Shown: piece after piece, positions 52,096 to 59,606 of the stretch | How the letters are laid out: every line of letters begins with the position of its first letter | How positions within the stretch are numbered: the first letter of the stretch is position 1 | From: Alphaproteobacteria bacterium | Lineage (GTDB): Bacteria; Pseudomonadota; Alphaproteobacteria; Rickettsiales; UBA8987 | Length of the DNA: 59,606 nucleotides | Assembly (NCBI GenBank): GCA_030429725.1 | Contig: JAUIEX010000004.1 | Span: 1 to 59,606 of the forward strand | Direction: 5' to 3' | Made by a program: the position numbers and the translations under genes | Notes under the pieces: model-generated | What the model saw: the letters and a program-made list of their open reading frames with translations, nothing else | The model's database searches: none | Told to the model about the DNA's origin: nothing

Positions 52096-53058
52096 TCAGA
52101 GCCGAATCAGCGCACTGCCCCAGGCCAGCCCGCCGCCAATGGCCTGCATGGAAAGCACATCCCCTGCCTTAAACCGCCCTTGTTGCATGGCATCATCCAG
52201 CGCTAAAGGAATGGAGGCGGCCGATGTATTGGCATGTTTTGCCACGGTGCTCACCACCTTATCTGCCGGAATTTCCAGCTTTTTTGCCAGCGCATCCAGA
52301 ATCCGCTGATTGGCCTGATGCGGGATAAACCCCGCCACATCCGCCACATTCAACCCATTAGCCTCTAACGATTCTAGCGTACATTCCGCCAATTTTGCCA
52401 CGGCATGTTTAAACACATCCCGCCCCTCCATATGAATAAACCCGGTTTTCTGATTGCTGCCCGCGCCACCATCCACATAGAGCAAATCCCGCGTTGCACC
52501 CGCGCCGTGCAGATGGGTGGATAAGATACCGCGCACGGGCGCACCTGTTGCCGGTTCCGCCTGAAGCACCACCGCACCGGCGCCGTCACCAAATAAAATA
52601 CAGGTATTACGATCCTGCCAGTCCACAATCCGCGAAAGCGCATCCGCACCAATCACCAAAGCCGTGCGATGTGCGCCCGTTTTCAGCAAAGCGTCCACAA
52701 CGCTCAACGCGTAGACAAACCCGCTACACACGGCCTGAATATCAAAAAATGCGCCGGCCGCACCAATCTCGGCCTGCACCTTGCCTGCCGTGGCGGGAAA
52801 TGTGTTATCCGGCGTTGTTGTGGCCACCACCACCAAATCCACCGCGCGGCCGTCAATCCCCGCTGCCTGCAGCGCCTTTTGCGCGGCGGCAATCGCCATA
52901 TCACCCGTGGTTTGGCCTGCGGCAACAATATGTCTTTGGCCAATACCCGTCCGCGCGATAATCCATTCATCACTCGTATCCACCGTCTCAGAAAGTTCCG
53001 CATTCGAAACAACCCTCTCCGGCAGGTAACTTCCCGTGCCAAGCAAACGGCTATTCAT
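52096..53058 (-). CDS. fabH: Beta-ketoacyl-ACP synthase III
   Basis: AVCSGF, LFGDGAGA, PHQANQRI and NTSAASIP. Confidence 0.96.
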   Translation of the reverse strand: MNSRLLGTGSYLPERVVSNAELSETVDTSDEWIIARTGIGQRHIVAAGQTTGDMAIAAAQKALQAAGIDGRAVDLVVVATTTPDNTFPATAGKVQAEIGAAGAFFDIQAVCSGFVYALSVVDALLKTGAHRTALVIGADALSRIVDWQDRNTCILFGDGAGAVVLQAEPATGAPVRGILSTHLHGAGATRDLLYVDGGAGSNQKTGFIHMEGRDVFKHAVAKLAECTLESLEANGLNVADVAGFIPHQANQRILDALAKKLEIPADKVVSTVAKHANTSAASIPLALDDAMQQGRFKAGDVLSMQAIGGGLAWGSALIRL

Positions 53059-54139
53059 CCTGATCCAGCCCCTTGGGAAGCAGCTCCGTTTCCCCTAGCG
53101 CGTCTTCCAGATCAAACCCGGGGTAAGAGGTGGCCGCCAGTTCTTCAATAATCTTGCGGTTAATATCAAACTGCGCAAGGCGCACCGCTTTCTCAATGGC
53201 GCAGGCATGGCCATACGCATCGGAACCGCCATGGCTTTTCACCACAATGCCATTCAGGCCGATAAACATCGCCCCGTTATATTCGCGTGGGTCAATGCGC
53301 CGCTTCACATTCTCCAGCCCTTGTTTGGCAATGAGTGCGCCCATACGCACCCAGATCGGCGCCGTCTTCAGCCCTTCCTTCAGGAATCCGGCAAACATGC
53401 CGGCCGTGCCTTCAATGGTTTTCAGGGCAATATTCCCCGTAAACCCATCCGTCACAATCACGTCCACAATACCGCGTGTAATATCATTGCCTTCGATAAA
53501 GCCATGGAAATTGATCGGGCAATCTTCTTCCTGCAACATGGCGGCCGCATTCTGCACCGCTTCGGGGCCTTTGATGTCTTCACTGCCCACATTCAGCAGC
53601 CCAATGGTTGGGTTTTCCCGCCCCAGCAAGGCACGGGCAAAGGCATCCCCCATCGCGGCAAATTCAAATAAATTACTGGCATCGCAGTGTATATTTGCCC
53701 CAAGATCCAACATGATATTATCATGTTTCAGGCTGGGCATCACCCCGGCAATGGCCGGCCGGTCGATCCCCGGCAAGGTTTGCAGCACCAGCTTGGAAAT
53801 GGCCATCATCGCCCCGGTATTCCCGGCGGAAACAATGCCCGCCGCCTGCCCTTCTTTCACGGCGCGAATCGCCAGACGCATGGAGCTTTTCCGCCCACGG
53901 CGCAACGCGATGGAAGGTTTTTCATCATCGGCAATCATTTCATCAGTATGAATAATCGTGGTTTTTGGCTTCAGCGCCGGATAGATTTCCAGCAGCGGGT
54001 GAATCACCGCCTCATCCCCCACCATCAGAAAGGTCACCACACGGTAATCCTTCATTATCAGGTTTGCACCTTCAATGATGGCTGCCGCGCCATGGTCCCC
54101 GCCCATCACATCCAGCGCCACGGTAACAGGCACATTCAT
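53051..54139 (-). CDS. plsX: Phosphate acyltransferase
   Basis: ALDVMGGDHG, SAGNTGA, DGFTGNIALK and KSHG. Confidence 0.95.
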   Translation of the reverse strand: MNVPVTVALDVMGGDHGAAAIIEGANLIMKDYRVVTFLMVGDEAVIHPLLEIYPALKPKTTIIHTDEMIADDEKPSIALRRGRKSSMRLAIRAVKEGQAAGIVSAGNTGAMMAISKLVLQTLPGIDRPAIAGVMPSLKHDNIMLDLGANIHCDASNLFEFAAMGDAFARALLGRENPTIGLLNVGSEDIKGPEAVQNAAAMLQEEDCPINFHGFIEGNDITRGIVDVIVTDGFTGNIALKTIEGTAGMFAGFLKEGLKTAPIWVRMGALIAKQGLENVKRRIDPREYNGAMFIGLNGIVVKSHGGSDAYGHACAIEKAVRLAQFDINRKIIEELAATSYPGFDLEDALGETELLPKGLDQDE

Positions 54140-54274
54140 TCTTGAATCTTTACGTCGTAACGGCATACCTTCTTGGCAATACAGGAATCCGCCAAAAGTG
54201 CAAGCTGTCGCAACCCATTTCACCTGTTTTTCTTCAAAAATGATGGATTCACCATCTTTGTTCCATCCTGGCTA

Positions 54275-54306
54275 TTAAAGCTTTGTTAGGTTTTGCCTGT
54301 TATGAT
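54275..54306 (+). promoter_or_regulatory. CtrA-type box plus -10, leaderless-like
   Basis: TTAA-AGCTTTG-TTAG, 11 nt, TATGAT, 6 nt, ATG 54313. Confidence 0.65.
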
Positions 54307-54312
54307 GCTTTG

Positions 54313-55860
54313 ATGGGAAGTAGAGAATCTGATCCGCCGGGCTTTGGTAAACCCGCATATGGCTTTGACCAGGAATCATGGGACAAAGCACTCAACGCTG
54401 CCATTTCTCCGGATTGCTGGAGCAAAACAATTCAGAAATCCGAAAATCTTCAGCCCGGCTTCATGCTGGCACGGGAAAAACAACAGGAAATCCTTGACAA
54501 TACGGCGCTGATGACTGCCGTCTGGACGAACATCGCCCGGCATTACAATGTCTATCCCGATGATGCCCTGCCGGAGAGCGACTGTCTGGATGTCTGCATT
54601 GACGACACCATCGAAGAGCGCTTGATTATCAACGTCACTCAGCGTGACGGCAGCACGCTTTCTCTGCGGCTGGTGGCGGCCACGCCGCTGCGTGATCCTG
54701 AAGGAAATCCGCTTTATGGCCCCCGCTACGCCGGCATGGAAACCCTGCCGATTTCCGGAGAGGAGGTGGCGCGTTACAGCTTTTCAGAGCCGGAATCCGG
54801 CGCAAAATTGCTGCTGTTTGAACCCATTGATGGCGCCGGCAACCGCCTGCAGAATGCAGCCCCCATTCTGATGATGCCGGGTGCGGAATTTCCGCTGAAA
54901 TATGCCAAAGAAAGCGGTGATTATAAGATGATTGAGGGCGTGATCTTGTGGTCTGACAAAGACAACAAATCCCACCGTCAGGGCAAAGCAACCGAGCAGC
55001 TGGCGCTGCAAATGCTTGGTGATTATTACCAACAGCGCTCTCCCGATACCACGCCGGAAGAAGCCATGCGGCACACCGCACCGGTCATTCTTGCCCATTC
55101 CCTTGGCACGCAGGGCGCGGTGCGCACCCATTTGCGGCTGGCGCAGCAGGGCATTACGCCAGAAACGCTGATTGTGGATGGGTTTGCCCCCGCCGGCGCG
55201 CTGGACGCAATGAAGCCGGCGCTGATGCAATGGGCAAATACCCAGCCCCAATATCAGGCAGTTTCCGGGGAAGAACGATGGAACCGCGTGCAGCAGGATT
55301 TACTGCAAAACCTCACCGATCTGCGGATTTTTCCGCAAACGCTGGTCAGCGACTGGGGCGCGCTGAACGCCCCAACATGGACACGGCAAATCGGCGCTCA
55401 ACCCAGCTTCCTGATGAACCCCAACGCGCAGGAAGTGGCGCGTTATCTTGAAAGCTCCGGTAAAAAAGAGGGTCTCTTTGAAAAAATGGGCACCGGCAAA
55501 TTGCAGGATTTCGGCATAAAAACTTCCGAAAGGCTGGATTATTTCAAAAACCATTTCCCCACCACCATCAATGATATTCTCAGCGGCGCTGCCGGCTTTC
55601 AGATGGTCATCGCCGCCCCTTATAACCCCGCCACCGTTTCGGCGGAATATCTGCAATCCGCCGCCCAGCCAAGCCAAACACAGCACTGGGATCATTACCG
55701 CTCCCCGGCGGTGGAAGCACGGCTGGAAGCGCTGCTGAACCAGGATATCACATCAACATTGCAGCAATGGCAGCAATGGCAGAAATACGCCGTGCCGGAT
55801 CGCACACCCGTCCCGTTCCGGCCGGGTCACGCACCCGGCGGCCGCAGCGGTGGGCAATAG
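54313..55860 (+). CDS. Hypothetical protein with a lipase-like AHSLG motif and a Gly/Arg C-terminal tail
   Basis: 515-aa ORF; VILAHSLG nucleophile-elbow-like motif; ends ...FRPGHAPGGRSGGQ. Confidence 0.75.
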   Translation: MGSRESDPPGFGKPAYGFDQESWDKALNAAISPDCWSKTIQKSENLQPGFMLAREKQQEILDNTALMTAVWTNIARHYNVYPDDALPESDCLDVCIDDTIEERLIINVTQRDGSTLSLRLVAATPLRDPEGNPLYGPRYAGMETLPISGEEVARYSFSEPESGAKLLLFEPIDGAGNRLQNAAPILMMPGAEFPLKYAKESGDYKMIEGVILWSDKDNKSHRQGKATEQLALQMLGDYYQQRSPDTTPEEAMRHTAPVILAHSLGTQGAVRTHLRLAQQGITPETLIVDGFAPAGALDAMKPALMQWANTQPQYQAVSGEERWNRVQQDLLQNLTDLRIFPQTLVSDWGALNAPTWTRQIGAQPSFLMNPNAQEVARYLESSGKKEGLFEKMGTGKLQDFGIKTSERLDYFKNHFPTTINDILSGAAGFQMVIAAPYNPATVSAEYLQSAAQPSQTQHWDHYRSPAVEARLEALLNQDITSTLQQWQQWQKYAVPDRTPVPFRPGHAPGGRSGGQ

Positions 55861-55961
55861 CACAAGGGCGCCCCTCACTTCACATTCCGGGCGGAAGATA
55901 ACTGCAGGCGGCATGCGAATGGCTGATTGATCTGGCCACCACCCTGCCCTATGCTGCCTTC

Positions 55962-57005
55962 ATGAAAATTCAGGCCTATAAAGTGGATGCGTTTATGAAA
56001 GCGCCGCCAGCCAATCTGGCCGGGGTGCTGTTCTATGGCCCGGATGCCGGACAGGTATCGGAAAAAGCTAAAATCATGGCACAACAAATGGTTGTCGATC
56101 TGGATGACCCTTTCCTCACCGCCTTGTTGGATGGTGAAGATGTGAAGGAAGATCCCGCCAAAGTGCAGGATGAGCTTTCCGCCATGGCCTTTGGCGGCGG
56201 GCGCCGCCTGCTGAAAATTCGTGATGCCGGAAACGCCCACGCCAAAACCCTCACCGACGCGGTGGAGACCATCCCGCAAGGCCGGGAAGCGGATTATGCT
56301 TTTCTTATCGTCACCGCCGGCGAGCTGGACACAAAAAGCAAGCTACGCGCATTGTTTGAAAAAGATGCGCGATTGGCCGCGCTGCCTTGCTACACGGATG
56401 ATAGCCGCGACCTCAGTCAGATTGTCCGCACGGAATGCCAAACGGTTGGCATTTTGCCGGAGCGCGGCGTTGTCGAATATCTCTCCGCCGAATGTCAGGG
56501 GGATCGTTTAATCGCCAAAAATGCCGTGCGTAAGCTGGCGCTTTATGTCGGTGGCGGGCAGGTCACGCTGGAGCAGGCCATGGCCTGCATTCGCCCTGTC
56601 ACCGAAGCCCAGCTGGACACGATCAGCCATGCGCTGCTGGCCGGCAATGGCGCAGCCGTGCAGGAGCAGGTGCGCCGGGCATTGCTGCAAGGGCTGCAAC
56701 CGGTGCAGATGGTGCGCGCCTGTTTGCGCGCCACCGAACGGCTGATGTTGATTACTGCCGGTATGCGTGCTGGACAATCCTTCGATTTGGCCATCAAGCC
56801 CCTCTGGCCGCCGGTTTTCTATAAAGACAAGCCGCTGGTGCAGGCACAGGCCAACCGCTATCAGCGGGCGCCAAAACGGCTGCAGGCACTGCATAAAGCA
56901 TTGTTTGAGGCAGAAATTCAGCTGAAATCCACCCTGCTTCCGCCGGAACTGACCCTTAACCATGCCCTGCTCGTCGCCGTTTGGGGACTGATGCCAAAAC
57001 GCTGA
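55962..57005 (+). CDS. holA: DNA polymerase III delta subunit
   Basis: LFYGPDAGQV, FGGGRR, L..KSKLR.LFE and PPVFYK. Confidence 0.9.
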   Translation: MKIQAYKVDAFMKAPPANLAGVLFYGPDAGQVSEKAKIMAQQMVVDLDDPFLTALLDGEDVKEDPAKVQDELSAMAFGGGRRLLKIRDAGNAHAKTLTDAVETIPQGREADYAFLIVTAGELDTKSKLRALFEKDARLAALPCYTDDSRDLSQIVRTECQTVGILPERGVVEYLSAECQGDRLIAKNAVRKLALYVGGGQVTLEQAMACIRPVTEAQLDTISHALLAGNGAAVQEQVRRALLQGLQPVQMVRACLRATERLMLITAGMRAGQSFDLAIKPLWPPVFYKDKPLVQAQANRYQRAPKRLQALHKALFEAEIQLKSTLLPPELTLNHALLVAVWGLMPKR

Positions 57006-57134
57006 TTATCGCGCATTCAGGCCATACTGAATGAAGAAGAATCACCCGATAAGGGCGGGCGTTCACGCTGAAGTTGCAATCTTTTTAAAAATCCGTCTTA
57101 ACTGATTTTTGAATCAATCTTCAGGAGTGTCCGC

Positions 57135-58349
57135 ATGGCAAAAATCAACGCCCCCAAAATGGTCTATGTGCAGGGTGAGGAGATGACCCGCTATGGCATG
57201 GAGCTGATTCTGGAACAGTGGATCGAACCGCATGTGGATATCAGCAACTGGCAGTTTTACGATCTTTCCTGTGTTTCACGCGATAAAACGGAAGATCAGG
57301 TGCTGCATGATCTGGTGGCAGCCGGTGCGGAGATTGGGGCGATCTTCAAAGAACCAACCATCACCCCCACCAACGAACAGAAAGAGGCGCTGGGGCTGAA
57401 AAAAGCCTGGGGCAGCCCAAATGGCGCGATGCGCCGCGGCTGGAACGGCATTTCCATCAGCCGCGATACGATCATGATCGACGGGCTGAAGCTGGGCTAT
57501 CAAAAGAAAGTGCTGTTCGACCGTCACGCCGTGGGCGGTGAATATGGCGCCGGCTTCGGCATGGTGGGCGCCGGCAAGGCCGTGACCACCTTCCACCCGG
57601 CAGATGGCAGCGCGCCGGTGGTGGTGGATGAGCGGATGCTCAAAGACAGCGAAAACGCGCTGGTAACCTACCATAACCCGCTGGATAATGTGGAAGATCT
57701 GGCGCATCACTTTTTCAGCCGCTCACTGGCGGCGAACGTGACACCCTATGTAACCACGAAAAAGACCGTGTTCAAATGGCAGGAACGTTTCTGGGGCATT
57801 ATGAAAGAGGTGTTTGACGCGCATTACCGCGAGGATTTCCGCGCCAAAAACCTGCTGGAACATAGCAAGGGCGAGCTGTCACACATTATTTCCGATGCCG
57901 CCTGCATGGAGCTGGTGAAGTGGACGGATGGCGGGTTTGCCTTCTGCGCACATAATTATGACGGGGACATGCTGACCGATTTGATGGCGCAGATTCACCG
58001 CTCACCGGGTTTTATTTCCTCCGTGCTGAACGGTAAAGCGGCGGACGGAAGGCCGATCAAGGAATTTGAGGCCAGCCACGGCACGGTGGCTGCCATGTGG
58101 AAACGCCATTTAGAGGGCGGTGAAACCTCCCTCAACCCGCTGGGCATGGTGGATGCGCTGATCGGCGCGATGAACCATAGCGCCAGGCTGGAAAGCCCGG
58201 AAAAAGAGAAAGAGGTGAAAGCCTTCACCGATAGGCTCTATAACGCCATGGTGAACGTGATGACCAGCGGCAAAGGCACGCGTGATCTGGCCGGAAAATC
58301 CGGTGCTACCACGGAAGAATTCGTTAAAGCCGTGGCCGCGGAGATTTAA
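57135..58349 (+). CDS. icd: NADP-dependent isocitrate dehydrogenase
   Basis: GEEMTR, KEPTITP, SPNGAMR, HNYDGD, EASHGTV and TRDL. Confidence 0.9.
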   Translation: MAKINAPKMVYVQGEEMTRYGMELILEQWIEPHVDISNWQFYDLSCVSRDKTEDQVLHDLVAAGAEIGAIFKEPTITPTNEQKEALGLKKAWGSPNGAMRRGWNGISISRDTIMIDGLKLGYQKKVLFDRHAVGGEYGAGFGMVGAGKAVTTFHPADGSAPVVVDERMLKDSENALVTYHNPLDNVEDLAHHFFSRSLAANVTPYVTTKKTVFKWQERFWGIMKEVFDAHYREDFRAKNLLEHSKGELSHIISDAACMELVKWTDGGFAFCAHNYDGDMLTDLMAQIHRSPGFISSVLNGKAADGRPIKEFEASHGTVAAMWKRHLEGGETSLNPLGMVDALIGAMNHSARLESPEKEKEVKAFTDRLYNAMVNVMTSGKGTRDLAGKSGATTEEFVKAVAAEI

Positions 58350-58545
58350 GGCACTCCTTTGATATCTTGAGTGAATGTGAAATCTGCGAACATGAGAGGC
58401 AGATTAATGTTAAAAATCTTGCATGGAAATTTAGGCTAAATCAGCGCATCGGCAACGCCCAACAGTTTCTGCCGCGCCGGTAACGCTGCCAGTTTCAGCA
58501 ACTGCGATCAAACATTATGACGTGATTGTGCATCAATTAACATAA

Positions 58546-58935
58546 GTTTTTCTATCTAATGCCGATCACAAGAACGCGGCATTAAATCACCTTGATACGC
58601 TATATGCTTATGATCTGGGCACGGTATTATTCAAGCCAACAAAAGCAGCCGCTGATCAGTTCCGTGGCACAGAAGAGGAGGCGCTATCCTGTTTTGTGGG
58701 TGGGAGCATTTCAGAAGATAAAGGCTTTGCGCTGGCACCATACATAAAGGTACGTTTTGAAAATGAAGGCATAAATATTGACTGTGATTCTGCGTTAGCT
58801 ATGGGCAATTATTACTTCACCAAAACTGATGGCCAAGAAATCAAGGTTGAATATAGCTTTGGTTATGTTGAAGACAAAGATGGTCATTTGAAAATTAACC
58901 TACATCATTCTTCCTTACCTTACACACCAGAGTAA
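58546..58935 (+). pseudogene. 5'-truncated iota-carbonic-anhydrase-like (COG4337/LCIP63-type) gene
   Basis: LYAYD..VLFKPTKA, ALAMGNYYF, KVEYSFGY and LHHSSLPY; in-frame TAA at 58543-58545 with no start codon before the conserved region. Confidence 0.65.
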
Positions 58936-59098
58936 CGATGAGCCGCGCCTATCAAAATGCAGGTTTTATGCTATTCTCATCGCTTAAGACCTGCTCTAAA
59001 CGTTCCTGTCGTCTGGCCTGTAGGGATGGTTTGAAGTTTTGGTTGAAGGCATGTTGGTTAAGTTGAGACACGGAGCATTTTCAGATAATTCTATAAAC

Positions 59099-59495
59099 AT
59101 GGAGACTGGAGCTACCTTATCTGACTGTCGCTGCTATCGTTATGCGTTGTGGCGTATCTGGAATAGTTCAAAGCCTTTTGTTCTTTTTATTGGTCTAAAT
59201 CCATCAACAGCAGATGAGAATGACGATGATCCAACCCTCCTAAAATGTATGCGTTATGCACAGTCATGGGGATATGGAGGCGTGTATATGGCAAATCTCT
59301 TTGCCTATAGGGAAACGCTACCAAGTAAAATGAAGCAGGCACTAAATCCCGTTGGTGAAGAAAATGATAAGCATCTTGTGGAGCTTGCTGGGAAAGCTGG
59401 CCTTATCATTGGAGCGTGGGGAAATGACGGTGTGTTTAAAAATAGATCTTCGGTAGTCAAAGAGTTAATTCCAGACTTGCATTATTTAAAGCTTA
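59099..59495 (+). pseudogene. DUF1643 family gene interrupted by an IS
   Basis: YRYALWR.W, FIGLNPSTADE..DDPT, NLFAYR and AWG; homology stops at LKL before the usual HPLY motif. Confidence 0.8.
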
Positions 59496-59606
59496 GTGAA
59501 TCTCCACGGGCCAAGGCCCGTGGTATCACGCTTCGCTACGCTCAGATTTCAAGCTGCGCTTGTCCAGAATCTTCTTTTCCCTGATGTTCGATATAACGTC
59601 TGATAA
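59496..59606 (-). mobile_element. tnpA: IS200/IS605-family element: right end and tnpA 3' end (partial)
   Basis: Minus strand 59604-59542 reads IRRYIEHQGKEDSGQAQLEI* (YIxxQ catalytic-Tyr motif). Subterminal hairpin CCACGGGCC-AA-GGCCCGTGG at 59504-59523; end TTCAC. Confidence 0.85.

Noticed and set aside
59039-59584. Intact 181-aa protein
   Set aside because: The likely start is 59099 and the last ~30 codons derive from the IS end.

Overview
A 59.6 kb alphaproteobacterial chromosome segment, probably from a Rickettsiales-related lineage (inferred from gene content, type-2 IleRS, a DUF2671-like protein and CtrA-type boxes). Most genes are housekeeping: ileS (5'-partial), phoR-pstCAB-phoB, polA-era, rppH, ctpA, mdh, gltA, phaC-like/phaA/phaB, pgk, cysQ, etfBA, rpsB-tsf, leuS-lptE, plsX-fabH, holA and icd. 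There is also an RTX/S-layer-like protein, a TonB heme receptor and an HpnC-HpnD fusion. Two signals stand out. (1) Several families of short structured DNA repeats sit in frame, often nested or stacked, inside ileS (4 sites), leuS (3 sites) and the lptE signal-peptide region. They add roughly 200-250 aa to each synthetase. Two families (12 copies) occur only inside these coding sequences in this window, and one family shows compensatory base changes in its hairpins. (2) Seven otherwise unrelated, mostly orphan or effector-like genes share one promoter architecture: a full or half CtrA box (TTAA-N7-TTAA), exactly 11 nt, then a -10-like hexamer. The right end is AT-richer and decaying: a truncated iota-carbonic-anhydrase-like gene and a DUF1643 gene interrupted by an IS200/IS605 element. 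All alignments were done by eye; no database searches were run.
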